Positions 1 through 10,800 of a stretch of 64,000 nucleotides of DNA are shown here, one piece after another. The notes under the pieces were generated by a model, which did not search any database, was not told the DNA's origin, and was given only the letters and a program-made list of their open reading frames with translations. The stretch covers positions 1,312,001 through 1,376,000 of the forward strand of contig CAWJGT010000009.1 of the NCBI GenBank assembly GCA_963842525.1, written 5' to 3'. The first letter of the stretch is position 1. Every line of letters begins with the position of its first letter. A program made the position numbers and the translations under genes. This DNA comes from an uncultured Holophagales bacterium. GTDB taxonomy: Bacteria; Acidobacteriota; Thermoanaerobaculia; Multivoradales; UBA5704.

Positions 1-163
1 CTCGGAGAGGGGCCGCGGAGACCGGGGCGAAGCCTATCACGGCGTCGGCCGGCGCGCTTTTCCCCGCCCGGTGCACTTCTACTTGCCAGAGGGCCCTCTC
101 CAGACGCGCTTCCATCGCGGGGCGCAGATACGACGTGTCCGTTCTTCTTGGAAGGAGATTGGA

Positions 164-1414
164 ATGCGGAGAGTATGGTTTCGTATCGTTGGAACGGCGG
201 CCGTGCTTGCTTTCCTGGCCGTCTCGGCTCAGGCTGGCGAGGGTCTTTTCACGCCTCTCGACATCGCCAGCACGTATGGCAAGGCGCTGAATCTGGACCC
301 GTCTTACAATGCGTTGTCTGAAGATGCCGCCCTGGGACCCCTGCACCTGGTGCGGGCGAACGTCGACCTGGTGACCGAGACGGCGGCGTCGCTGCCCTTG
401 AATCTCGGTCCGGGCCTCGACCTGCGAGCGTATCGCATCAATTCCTATATGACGAAGTCGGGATCCCTGGTGTGGTCCGGCGTCATCGAGGACCCCGGGA
501 CGGCGATCGTGCCGTTCACGGCGGACGCGCTCCGGTTCAACCCGATGAACCAGGTGATGCTGGTCAAGAACAATGGCAACATCACCGGCAACATCCATTT
601 CGCCGGGGCGCTGTACCAGATCCGGCCCTTGAAGAGCGGCGGCCATGTGATCTCCGAAGTGAACCCGGCCGCGATGCCGCCGGACCATCCGCCGGCATAC
701 AAGAACATCAAGACCTACAGGATGAAGGGCAGCGGCAACGGCCTGGACAAGGCCGACACCGTTATCCGCGTGATGGTGCACTACACGTCGTCCGCGGCGT
801 CGGCTTCGGGCAACATCAGCGCCGTGGTCGACCTCGCCGTGGCGGAGACCAATCAGGGCTACACCAACAGCGGCGTGCTCATCGACCTCATCCTGGCCCA
901 CAAGTCGCAGGTCACCTACACCCAGAGCGGCAGCTTCAGCACCGATCTGAGCCGGTATCGCGGGACCAGCGATGGCTACATGGACAGCATCCACACGACG
1001 CGCAACTCGGTGACGGCTGACGTCGGCGTCCTGCTCATCAACAATTCGTCCTCCTGCGGCCTCGCCTCCAGCATTGGATCGACGGCGAGCACGGCATTCG
1101 CAGTCGCCCACTGGAGCTGTGCCACGGGCTACTACTCCTTCGGCCACGAGATCGGACACCTCCAGTCCGCTCGCCACGACCCGGCGACCGATCCGTCGAC
1201 CTCGCCCTACTCGTACGGCCACGGCTACCGGTACACCGGCAGCCCGTCCTGGCGCACGATCATGGCGTACAACTGCCCGGCCGGCTGCCCGCGGCTGAAC
1301 TACTGGTCGAGCCCGCTCACGCTCTATAACGGCCTGCCCATGGGCACGGCGTCCCAGAGCGACAACCACCGCGTGCTGAACAACACACGCAACACGGTCG
1401 CCGCCTTCCGCTAG
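164..1414 (+). CDS. Secreted zinc metalloprotease, peptidyl-Asp metalloendopeptidase (AspN/M72)-like metzincin
   Basis: Signal peptide MRRVWFRIVGTAAVLAFLAVSAQA after RBS AAGGAG (152-157). Zinc motif HEIGHLQSARHD, Met-turn RTIMAY, C-terminal CPRLNYWS...VAAFR as in AspN-type enzymes. Start moved from 71 to ATG 164. Confidence 0.85.
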   Translation: MRRVWFRIVGTAAVLAFLAVSAQAGEGLFTPLDIASTYGKALNLDPSYNALSEDAALGPLHLVRANVDLVTETAASLPLNLGPGLDLRAYRINSYMTKSGSLVWSGVIEDPGTAIVPFTADALRFNPMNQVMLVKNNGNITGNIHFAGALYQIRPLKSGGHVISEVNPAAMPPDHPPAYKNIKTYRMKGSGNGLDKADTVIRVMVHYTSSAASASGNISAVVDLAVAETNQGYTNSGVLIDLILAHKSQVTYTQSGSFSTDLSRYRGTSDGYMDSIHTTRNSVTADVGVLLINNSSSCGLASSIGSTASTAFAVAHWSCATGYYSFGHEIGHLQSARHDPATDPSTSPYSYGHGYRYTGSPSWRTIMAYNCPAGCPRLNYWSSPLTLYNGLPMGTASQSDNHRVLNNTRNTVAAFR

Positions 1415-1600
1415 GAATCCGTCCTGCAAGAGCTCGCTTCGAGGGTGGGTGCTCCGGCACCTGCCCTCGTGCGGCCGTGCATCAGGTGTATGCCTCGCGT
1501 ACAGGCAATGTCTCTGCTGATCCATAAGGCCGGGGCACGGGCTCTGACTGCCTCGCCATAAGTCGAAACAGTTGAGTCACATAGGTCTTTTGACCAATGG

Positions 1601-1615
1601 TGGCACGCCGTTCGC
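1601..1615 (+). promoter_or_regulatory. Sigma-54 (-24/-12) promoter motif
   Basis: TGGCACGCCGTTCGC = GG-N10-GC with TGGCAC, about 50 nt upstream of the lipoprotein ATG. Confidence 0.6.
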
Positions 1616-1667
1616 CTTACGTGCCGATGGAGCCAAGGGTGCTCCGCCTTCTGCTGGGGAGGTCACC

Positions 1668-2546
1668 ATGAGACACCGGATTCCCGTCCTTCTGCTCCTG
1701 GCTGCGTGTGTGGCCTCGACCGGCTGCGTGGGCACCTTGCCGCCGACGAAGCGCACCAACAGCGCGCTGGACTTCCTCTATCCACAGGGGGCCACCGCCG
1801 CGCAGCCGGCGCAAGAAGTGGTCCTCCAGTTGCCGGTCCGGGTGGGGCTGGCGTTCGCTCCGAACCGGAGCGACGAGCCCGACCCGATTACCGAGGAGCA
1901 GAAGCAGAGGCTCTTAGCGGGGGTTGCCGAAGCGTTCAAGGCGCACAAAGGGATCGGGCATCTGGAGGTCGTTCCGACCACCTATCTTCAGCCTGGTGGA
2001 GGCTTCATCAACCTCGACCAGATCCGCGCCTCGCTGGGGCTCGACCTCATCGTCCTGCTGTCGTACGACCAGGCACAGTTCACGGAATCGACCCGCGCCT
2101 CGTGGACCTACCTGACCGTCGTCGGTCCCCTGTTGATCGAAGGGGAGAAGAACGATACCCGGACCGTGGTGGATGCCGTGGTCTACGACATCGAATCGCG
2201 AGCGCTTCTTTTTCGGGCCGCCGGCGAGAGCACGGTCAAAGGGCGGTCGAGCCCGTTGAATGTCGACCGCAAGCGGCGGAATTTTGCCGCGGCGGGTTTC
2301 GAAAAGGCGACGGACACCCTGATCGCCCAACTGAACACGGCGCTCGAGCAGTTCGAGGAGCAGGCCACGAACGGCACGGTACAGGGGCCTGGCACGCCTG
2401 CCATCGCCATGTACAACGCCGAGGGGCAGCGCATCACCACCGAGAGCCGGGGCGGTGGAGCGTTCGGAGCGGTGGAGATGATCGGGGCGGCGCTGTTGGC
2501 GCTGGCGCTGTTTACCGGCGGCCGGCGTCGGGCTCTTGAAAAATGA
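1668..2546 (+). CDS. Rhombotarget lipoprotein with GlyGly-CTERM sorting signal
   Basis: RBS GGAGG then ATG 1668. Lipoprotein signal (LLLLAACVASTGC), SALDFLYP and LPVRVGLAF motifs, C-terminal RGGGAFG + hydrophobic helix + RRR. Confidence 0.8.
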   Translation: MRHRIPVLLLLAACVASTGCVGTLPPTKRTNSALDFLYPQGATAAQPAQEVVLQLPVRVGLAFAPNRSDEPDPITEEQKQRLLAGVAEAFKAHKGIGHLEVVPTTYLQPGGGFINLDQIRASLGLDLIVLLSYDQAQFTESTRASWTYLTVVGPLLIEGEKNDTRTVVDAVVYDIESRALLFRAAGESTVKGRSSPLNVDRKRRNFAAAGFEKATDTLIAQLNTALEQFEEQATNGTVQGPGTPAIAMYNAEGQRITTESRGGGAFGAVEMIGAALLALALFTGGRRRALEK

Positions 2547-2640
2547 GTTGACCGGGAACGCCACGGTTCTGCCACAATCTCGGTCCGCTTCTTCCCGATT
2601 CGGCCGTTCGGATGCCCTTCGGAGGTGGTGGACTGTCCCC

Positions 2641-4074
2641 ATGGCGAAACCACGACCCTTGCGCGTCAAGATGATTCTGCCGTCCCTGACCGAGGCCACC
2701 AGCCCGTTCTGTCGGCCGATCAAGTACTCGCTCTTCCCACCCCTGGGGCTGGCGACCCTGGCGGCATATCTCGACCCCGACGCCGAGATCACGCTGGTGG
2801 ACGAGCACGTCGAGACCCTCAGACTCGACGATCACCCGGACCTGGTGGTGATCCAGGTCTACATCACCAATGCCCGGCGGGCGTACGCCATCGCCGACCA
2901 CTACCGGGCCCGGGGATGCTACGTGGCGCTCGGCGGGCTGCATGTGACCTCGCTGCCGGCCGAGGCCGCGCCCCATGCAGACAGCATCTTCTGCGGCCCT
3001 GGTGAGGAGACGTTCCCCGAGTTCCTGCGCGACCTGGCCGCGGGCTGTCCGAAGCGGCGCTATTTCTCCAGTGTGCGGACGCTGGAGCGCCTGCCGCCGG
3101 TGCGGCGCGATCTGATCCGGCGGCCGCTCTACCTCGTCCCCAACTCGATCGTGGTCACCCGCGGCTGCCCGCACCACTGTGACTTCTGCTACAAGGACGC
3201 GTTTTTCGAGGGCGGCCGGGGGTTCTATACGCAGAAAGTGGACGACGCCCTGTCCGAGATCGAGCGCCTGCCCGGGAGCCATCTCTACTTTCTGGACGAT
3301 CACCTGCTGGGCGATGTCCGCTTCGCGACGGCGCTATTCGTCGGCATGCGCGGCATGGGCCGGCTGTTCCAGGGCGCGGCCACGGTCGACTCGGTGCTGC
3401 GCGGAGACCTCATCGAGCGCGCCGCGGAGGCGGGGCTGCGCAGCCTCTTTGTCGGGTTCGAGACCTTGAGCCCGGCCAACCTGCGGCAGAGCAACAAGGC
3501 ACAAAACCTCAATAAGGACTACCGCGCCGCGGTCCGTCGCCTGGACGAGCTCGGCATCATGGTCAACGGCAGCTTCGTCTTCGGGCTGGACGACGACGGT
3601 CCTGACGTCTTCCGGAGCACTGTGGACTGGGCTCTCGACAACGGCCTGACCACCTCGACGTTCCACATCCTCACCCCCTATCCCGGCACGGCCCTCTATG
3701 CGCGGATGGAGGCGGAGGGGCGCCTGCGGACCCGCGACTGGGACCTGTACGACACGCGCCACGTGGTCTATCGGACGCGCGGGATGTCCGAGGAGGAGTT
3801 GGAGGCGGGCTACTGGTGGGCCTACAAGGAGTTCTACCGCTGGGGCTCGATCTTCCACGCCAGCGCCCAGCATTCAACCTGGGAGCGCCGGCTCAAGAGC
3901 TTCTGCTACACCGCGGGCTGGAAGAAGCTGGAGCCTCTCTGGGACGCCGCCATCCGCTGCCGGCGGCTGCGCTCCCTCCGGCCCGTCCTGGAATCCATCC
4001 TGGCGAGATCGGAAGGACAGGTGGAGACCCAGGCTGGAATCTCATCTCCCCTGGTTGACGCGAAAACGACCTAA
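2641..4074 (+). CDS. B12-binding domain radical SAM protein
   Basis: N-terminal PPLGLATLAA / DEHVE / GGLHVT cobalamin-binding-like domain. RGCPHHCDFC (CxxxCxxC), FLDD, GFE, TPYPGT. Start uncertain (2641 or 2671). Confidence 0.85.
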   Translation: MAKPRPLRVKMILPSLTEATSPFCRPIKYSLFPPLGLATLAAYLDPDAEITLVDEHVETLRLDDHPDLVVIQVYITNARRAYAIADHYRARGCYVALGGLHVTSLPAEAAPHADSIFCGPGEETFPEFLRDLAAGCPKRRYFSSVRTLERLPPVRRDLIRRPLYLVPNSIVVTRGCPHHCDFCYKDAFFEGGRGFYTQKVDDALSEIERLPGSHLYFLDDHLLGDVRFATALFVGMRGMGRLFQGAATVDSVLRGDLIERAAEAGLRSLFVGFETLSPANLRQSNKAQNLNKDYRAAVRRLDELGIMVNGSFVFGLDDDGPDVFRSTVDWALDNGLTTSTFHILTPYPGTALYARMEAEGRLRTRDWDLYDTRHVVYRTRGMSEEELEAGYWWAYKEFYRWGSIFHASAQHSTWERRLKSFCYTAGWKKLEPLWDAAIRCRRLRSLRPVLESILARSEGQVETQAGISSPLVDAKTT

Positions 4075-4143
4075 GGGCTCGTCACAAAATAAGTGTCTCA
4101 TTTCGGCCCTTCAACGCGGCCTTCTAGCGAGCTGACAAAGTCT

Positions 4144-4198
4144 GTCCTGGGGCCCCAGACCCGTCGTGTCATCCTGAGCGTAGCGAAGGATCTGGGGG
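4144..4198. repeat. Dispersed REP-like repeat GTCATCCTGAGCGNAGCGAAGGATCT, copy 1 (intergenic)
   Basis: Near-identical copy at 46884-46937 (CAGACCC(C)GTCGTGTCATCCTGAGCG(T/C)AGCGAAGGATCTGGGGG). Confidence 0.8.
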
Positions 4199-4209
4199 CA
4201 GGTAGGCTG

Positions 4210-4671
4210 CACGCCGCGGGACCACTGCGAGCCACCGCAGGGAGCGTCGATGGTCCTGTGGTGGCTCCTGCCGGTCCCGCAGCACCACTGTGAGCCACCG
4301 CAGGGAGCGTCGATGGTCCTGTGGTGGCTCCTGCCGGTCCCGCGGCACCACTGTGAGCCACCGCAGGGAGCGTCGATGGTCCTGTGGTGACTCCTGCCGG
4401 TCCCGCGGCACCACTGTGAGCCACCGCGGGGAGCGTCCCTGGTCCCGCGGTGAAGCCTGCCGGTCCCGCGGGACCACTGTGAGCCACCGCAGGGAACGTC
4501 GATGGTCCTGCGGTGAATCCCGCCGGTCCCGCGGGACCACTGTGAGCCACCGCAGGGAACGTCGATGGTCCCGTGGTGAATCCCGCCGGTCCCGCGGGAC
4601 CACTGCGAGCCACCGCAGGGAACGTCGATGGTCCTGTGGTGAATCCCGCCGGTCCCGCGGGACCACTGCGA
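4210..4671. repeat. Tandem array: 63-bp unit (3 x 21 nt), 7 units plus one extra 21-mer
   Basis: ACCACTG(C/T)GAG recurs at 4221, 4284, 4347, 4410, 4473, 4536, 4599 and 4662. Confidence 0.95.
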
Positions 4672-4818
4672 GTCTCCACGGGCCCCGTCCCGTTTTTCAG
4701 GGCTCGCAACACTATTCCCGCAAGGCATCTGTGTGCCCGCAGTCTGCAGCTCTGATTTCTTGTCGGCGCGCTGCGCTCCCCGGGGAGCGTCGCGCCCGGG
4801 TATGATGGAGGGAGAACG

Positions 4819-7800
4819 ATGACGCGCCTTTCCGATGGTCCCCTTGCCGGGGCCTCTTCGCTGGTCGAGGTGCTGCGCCACCGTGCGCTGGCCCAGCCCG
4901 ACCGGCTGGCCTACCGGTTCCTCGCAGACGGCGAGGTGGAGGAAGCCACCTTCACCTATGCCGAGCTGGACCGGAAGGCGCGCGCCATCGCGGCGACGCT
5001 CCAGGATCTGGGTGCCGCGGGGGAGCGCATCCTGCTGCTTTATCCGGCGAGCCTCGACTATGTAGCCGCCTTCTACGGGTGCCTCTATGCGGGCGCTATT
5101 GCCGTGCCTGCCTATCCGCCACGGCCCAACCGGCCGATGCCGCGCATCCGCGCCATCGTGGCGGATGCCCAGGCGCGGATTGCGCTGACGACGCAGGCGG
5201 TCTTTGCCACGATCGAGCGCCGGATCGAGGACCTTCCCGATCTTCAGGCCCTCACCTGGCGGACGACGGACGACCTGCCGGCCGGTCCGGAAGACATGTG
5301 GCGCGATCCCTCCGTCGGGCTGGAGACGCTGGCCTTCCTTCAATATACGTCCGGGTCCACGGCCACGCCCAAGGGGGTGATGGTCAGCCACGGCAATCTG
5401 ATTCACAACGAGCGGCTGATCGAGGTCGCGTGCGAGCACACGGGCGAGACGCCGTGCGTGAGCTGGCTGCCGCTCTACCACGACCTTGGCCTGATCGGGA
5501 ACATGATCCAGTCGCTCTGGGTGGGGACGCCGTGCACGCTGATGTCGCCGGTGTCGTTCCTCCAGAGCCCGATCCGTTGGCTGCGGGCGGTGTCGACCTA
5601 CGGGGGGCATACGAGCGGCGGCCCCAACTTCGCCTATGAGCTGTGCGTGGCCAAGACCACGCCGGAGCAGCGGGAGGGGCTGGATCTGTCGAGCTGGCGA
5701 GTGGCCTTCAATGGCGCCGAGCCGGTCCGCCAGGAGACCCTGGAGAAGTTCGTCAGCGTTTTCGAGCCCTATGGCTTCCGGCGCGAGGCGCTTTTCCCGT
5801 GCTATGGCCTTGCGGAGACCACGCTCATCGTCACCGGCCCTGGCAAGCATGCGCCGCACGTTCACAAGAGCTTCCGCGGCGACGAGCTGTCGCGCAACCG
5901 GGTGGTGGAGGCCGCGGCAGGGGATGAGGCAGCGACGCGCGAGCTGGTGGGCTGCGGTGCGGTGTTGGGTGGGCAGGATGTGCGGATCGTCGATCATGAG
6001 ACGCTTATTGCTTGCGAGACGGGGAGCGTCGGGGAGATCTGGGTGGCGGGACCGAGCGTGGCGCGGGGATATTGGAATCGGACGGAGGAGACGGAGCAGG
6101 CGTTCGGCGCGCGCCCCGGGTTGACACCCGGGGCTACCCAGTCTCGCCCTCCGGGCTCTGGGATCCCTGACTCTGGCGAGCCCGGAGGGCGGCATTCGGT
6201 AGCCCAGGGTGTGAACCCTGGGCGAGGGAGCGAGGACGGCTCCTATCCCTACCTCCGCACCGGCGATCTCGGTTTCTTCCAGGACGACCAGCTCTACATC
6301 ACCGGCCGGCTCAAGGACCTGATCATCCTGCGTGGCGTCAACCACTATCCGCAGGACATCGAGCTGACGGTCGAGCGCAGCCATCCGTCGCTGCGGCCCG
6401 GGTGCGGCGCAGCCTTCTCGGTGGAGGTGGATGGCGAGGAGCGGCTAGCGGTCGTGCAGGAGATCCAGCGCGAGCAGCGCCGGGCCGATTTCGACGAGAT
6501 CGTGGCCGCGGTACGCAAGGCGGTGGCTGCGGAGCACGAGGTGCAGCTCTGGGGCCTGGCGGTCATCAAGCCGGGGAGCCTGCCGAAGACCTCCAGCGGC
6601 AAGATCCAGCGGCGCCAGAGCAAGGCGGATTTCCTGGCGGGTGCTGTGGACTTGGTCGGTGAATGGCGGGAGAGCGGCGCCGGGGCGGCGGATGCAGCCG
6701 ATCTGGAGGTCCCGGACGAGCTGCGTACCCGCGAGGATGTGGAGCGGTGGCTCATCGTGCGGGTCGCGTCGCTCGCCGGAGTCGCGCCCACGGAGATCGC
6801 TCCGGAGCGGGCGATCGGCGACTGGGGGCTCGATTCTCTGAAAGCCATCGAGCTGATGCACAGCATCGAGGAGCGGACCGGGGTGTCGCTCCCCATGGAG
6901 AGCTTCTTCGGCGGCCTGACGCTCGCCGAGGTCATCGACCGGGTGGTGACTGAGCGAATCGCAGCGCCGGCCGAAGGCACTCTCGTGCACGAGGGGGAGG
7001 AGACGGGGGACTTCGCACTCTCGGACGGCCAGAAGGCGCTCTGGTTCCTCTGGCGCCTGGAGCCCGCGAGCCCCGCGTACAACCTGCCGGCCGCGGTGCG
7101 GATCACCAGCCAGGTGGACGCCGAAGCCCTGCGCCGCGCCTTCCAGGCTTTGGTCGACCGGCACCCGGCGCTGCGGACGACCTTTGCGGTGGGGGAGAGT
7201 GGCGACCCGGTCCAGAGGGTCGCGCCGGCGTCCGTGGTCGACTTCGAGGTCGTGGACGCCGCGGGCTGGAGCGAGGAGGATCTGCGCGCCCGGCTGGACG
7301 AGGAGGCGCACCGGTCCTTCGACCTGGAGCAAGGGCCGCTGTTCCGGGTCCGGCTCTATCTCAGGACAGGAGAGCCGGTTTTGCTTCTGAACATGCACCA
7401 CATTATGGGTGACTTCTGGTCGCTCTCGGTGCTGGCCCGCGAGCTGGGAGCCCTTCTTCTTCCCCCCTCTCCCGGGGGAGGGGAGTGCGGATGGGAGAGG
7501 GGGGCCAGGGGGGTGAGGGCTCTCCGCTTCACGGACTATGTCCGCTGGCAGCGCGAGCTGCTGGCCGGGGCCGATGGGGAGCGCCTTCTCGGCTGGTGGC
7601 GGGAGCGGCTGGCCGGCGAGCTGCCGGTGCTCGATCTCTCGACCGACCGACCGCGTCCACCGGTCCAGACCTATCGCGGGTCCGCGGTGCGCTTCCGCAT
7701 CGATCCGGAGCTGACCGCGCGGCTCAAGACGGTGGGACAGAGCCGGCAGGCCACGCTCTACATGACGCTCCTTGCGGCCTTCCAGGCTCTGCTTCACCGG

Positions 7801-10800
7801 TGGACCGGCCAGCCCGATCTGCTCGTCGGATCGCCGTCGGCGGGACGGGGACGGGCGTCTCTCGCGGGCGTCGTGGGCTACTTCGTCAATCCGGTTGTGC
7901 TGCGGGCCGACCTGTCGCGCGAGCTGTCGTTCGGCGATCTTCTGGAGCAGGCCCGGGGCGGTGTGCTCGGCGCGTTCGAGCATCAGGACTACCCGTTTCC
8001 GGCGCTGGTCGAGCACCTCCAGCCGCAGCGCGATCCGAGCCGCTCGCCGATCTTCCAGGTCATGTTTGCTCTGCAGAACGCACCGATCCCGGAGCTGACC
8101 GCGTTCGCAGTGGGGGAGGAGGGAGCGACCGTCGAGCTGGGCGGCCTGCGCCTCGCACACATGGCGCTGCCGCAGCGGATCGCGCAGTTCAACCTCACCC
8201 TGTCGATGGGTGAGAGTGGAGGGAGCCTCGCCGCCACGCTCGATTTCAATACCGATCTGTTCGATGCCGGCACGGCGGAGCGGATGGCGCGGAGCCTCCA
8301 GACGCTGTTGGCTGCCGCCGCGGTCGAGCCCGGGCGGCACATCTCAGGCCTGCCTGTGCTCGCGGAGGACGAGCGCCGGCAGGTGCTCGCGGAGTGGAAT
8401 GCCACGGGCGCGCCCGAGGGCGAGGCCCTGGTGCACGAGCTGTTTGCGGCGCAGGTGGCCCGGGACCCCTACGCCACGGCTGTCGTATACCGCGGCGAGC
8501 GCCTGATCTATCGAGAGCTTGAGCGACGGGCCGATGCCGTCGCGGCCCGGCTGTGGGAGCTGGGAGCGGGCCCGGAGATCCTGGTCGGTCTGTGCGCCGA
8601 GCGAAGCCTCGAGCTCGTCGTAGGCATCCTGGCGATCCTCAAGTCCGGAGCCGGCTATCTGCCGCTCGACCCCGAAGCGCCGGCCGAGCGGCTCGCCTTC
8701 CTCGTCAAAGACGCGGGCGTGCAGGTGGTGGTCACGCAGAGCCATCTCGGGCTGCGCTGGCCGGAGGGGATCGAGGTGGTTAGCCCCTCACAGCCGTTCC
8801 CCATGGGCGAACTCAACCCCGTAGGGGTGGCCGGAATTAGCCCGGGATTTCAATCCCGGGAATCGGGTGCATCCTCAGACCCCCGAAGCCCCGCTAGGGG
8901 CGACAGGAATCCTGCCGACGAGCCCCTGCCGCCCCTACCGGGGCTGATGGAGGGGGATGGCCTCCCCTTCCCGGGCCTGAAGGCCCGGGCTAATTCCGGC
9001 CGCCCCTACGGGGCTGATTTCACGCCTATGGGCCAGGGGGGTGAGGGCTCCGCCTGTCTCATCTATACATCCGGCTCCACGGGCGAGCCCAAGGGCGTGC
9101 TCCTGACCCACCGCAACCTCGCTGGCCTGATCGCTTCCTTCGTCCGGGACTACGCGCCGGGATCGGGGGACGCCGTTTTGCCGCTCACCTCGGTCGCGTC
9201 GGCGAGCTTCGTGGGCGAGGTGCTGCCGGCCCTGGCCGCGGGCGCCGCGGTCGTTCTGCCGGATAAGGAGGAGCTGCTCGACTTCGAAAAGTTGACCTCC
9301 CTGATCGCGGCGAGCGGTGTCTCGATCCTGAGCACCGTGCCGTCCCTGCTGGCTGGCCTCAACGCCATGAAGGACCGGCTGCCGAAGCTCCGGCTGCTCC
9401 TCTCCGGCGGCGAGGCGCTGTCGGCCGGCGACGTCGATCGGCTGCTCGGCACGACGGAGATCGTCAACGGCTACGGCCTGACCGAGACGACAATCTGCTC
9501 GACGATCCATCGCGTGGAGCGGATCGACTTCGAACGGGGCACGATCCCGATCGGCCAGCCGGTGCTGGGACATCAGGCCTATGTGCTCGACGGCCACCTG
9601 GAGCCGCGGCCGGTGGGGTGCCCGGGCGAGCTGTTCCTGGCCGGCTGCGGCCTTGCCCGCGGCTACCACGGCAACCCGGCGGGGACGGCTGAGCGTTTCC
9701 TGCCCGATCCGTTTGCTCCGGACAGCCGGATGTACCGCACGGGCGACCTGGCGCGCTGGCGGCCGGATGGCTCTCTGGAATACCTGGGCCGCGCCGACCA
9801 GCAGGTCAAGATCCGCGGCTTCCGCATCGAGCTGGGCGAGATCGAGTCCGTGCTTGGGCGCCATCCGGCCGTGCGCGAGGCCGCGGTCGTGGCGCGGCAG
9901 GACACGGGCGAGAAGCGCCTCGCGGCCTATGTGGTCTTCCGCGAGGGGGAGAGCGCCACGGCGGGCGATCTGCTCGCCTTCCTCCGCGAGAAGCTCCCCG
10001 AGGCCATGATCCCGGCGGCCTTTGTGCCGTTGCCGGCCCTGCCGCTTACAGCCAACGGCAAGCTGGATGTCAAGGCTTTACCCGTACCCGAGCAGCTCCG
10101 GCCCGAGCTGGCGCATGCCTATGTGGCGCCGCGCGGCGACCTCGAACGGATCATCGCTGAGGTGTGGCGTGGTGCACTCCAGGTCGAGAAGGTCGGCATC
10201 CACGACAACTTCTTCGACCTGGGCGGCCATTCGCTGCTGATGACCCGGGTCCATGCGCGCTTGAAAGAGGTTCTGCCGGCGGACCTGTCACTGATCGATC
10301 TCTTCCGCTATCCCACGATCTCGTCGCTGGCCCGGTTCCTGGCGCCTGGTGATGCGGCGCCCGTCCTGCCGACGCGGCCGGTCCGCCAACGTGGCGAGCG
10401 GGAGGACATCGCCATCATTGCGATGAGCGGTCGCTTCCCGGGTGCCCGAACGGCCAACGAGCTCTGGCGCAATCTCGTCGATAGGGTCGAGTCCATCCAT
10501 CGCTTTACCGACGAGGAGCTGCTCGCCGCCGGCATCGATGCCGAGATGGTGGCGAATCCCAACTACATCAAGGCCAAGGGGATCCTCGGCGACATCGAGA
10601 TGTTCGACGCCTCCTTCTTCGGCCACAACCCGCGCAGCGCCGAGCTGACCGATCCGCAGCACCGCGTCTTTTTGGAATGCGCCTGGGAGGCCCTGGAGCT
10701 GGCCGGGTATGACCCTGACCGCTATCCAGGCCGCATCGGTGTATTTGCCGGCCAGAGCATGAACACCTACTGGCTGAGCAATCTTTATTACCACGTGGAC

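Noticed and set aside
4072-4140. AT-richer segment TAAGGGCTCGTCACAAAATAAGTGTC resembling an IS end
   Set aside because: No matching inverted partner or transposase found in the window.
4210-4671. Tandem arrays (also 45570-45947) as CRISPR
   Set aside because: Units are contiguous near-identical repeats with no unique spacers, and there are no cas genes.
6112-9048. In-frame inserts as inteins or self-splicing introns
   Set aside because: Too short, no Cys/Ser...His-Asn intein ends, and no group I/II intron motifs. The reading frame varies between copies.
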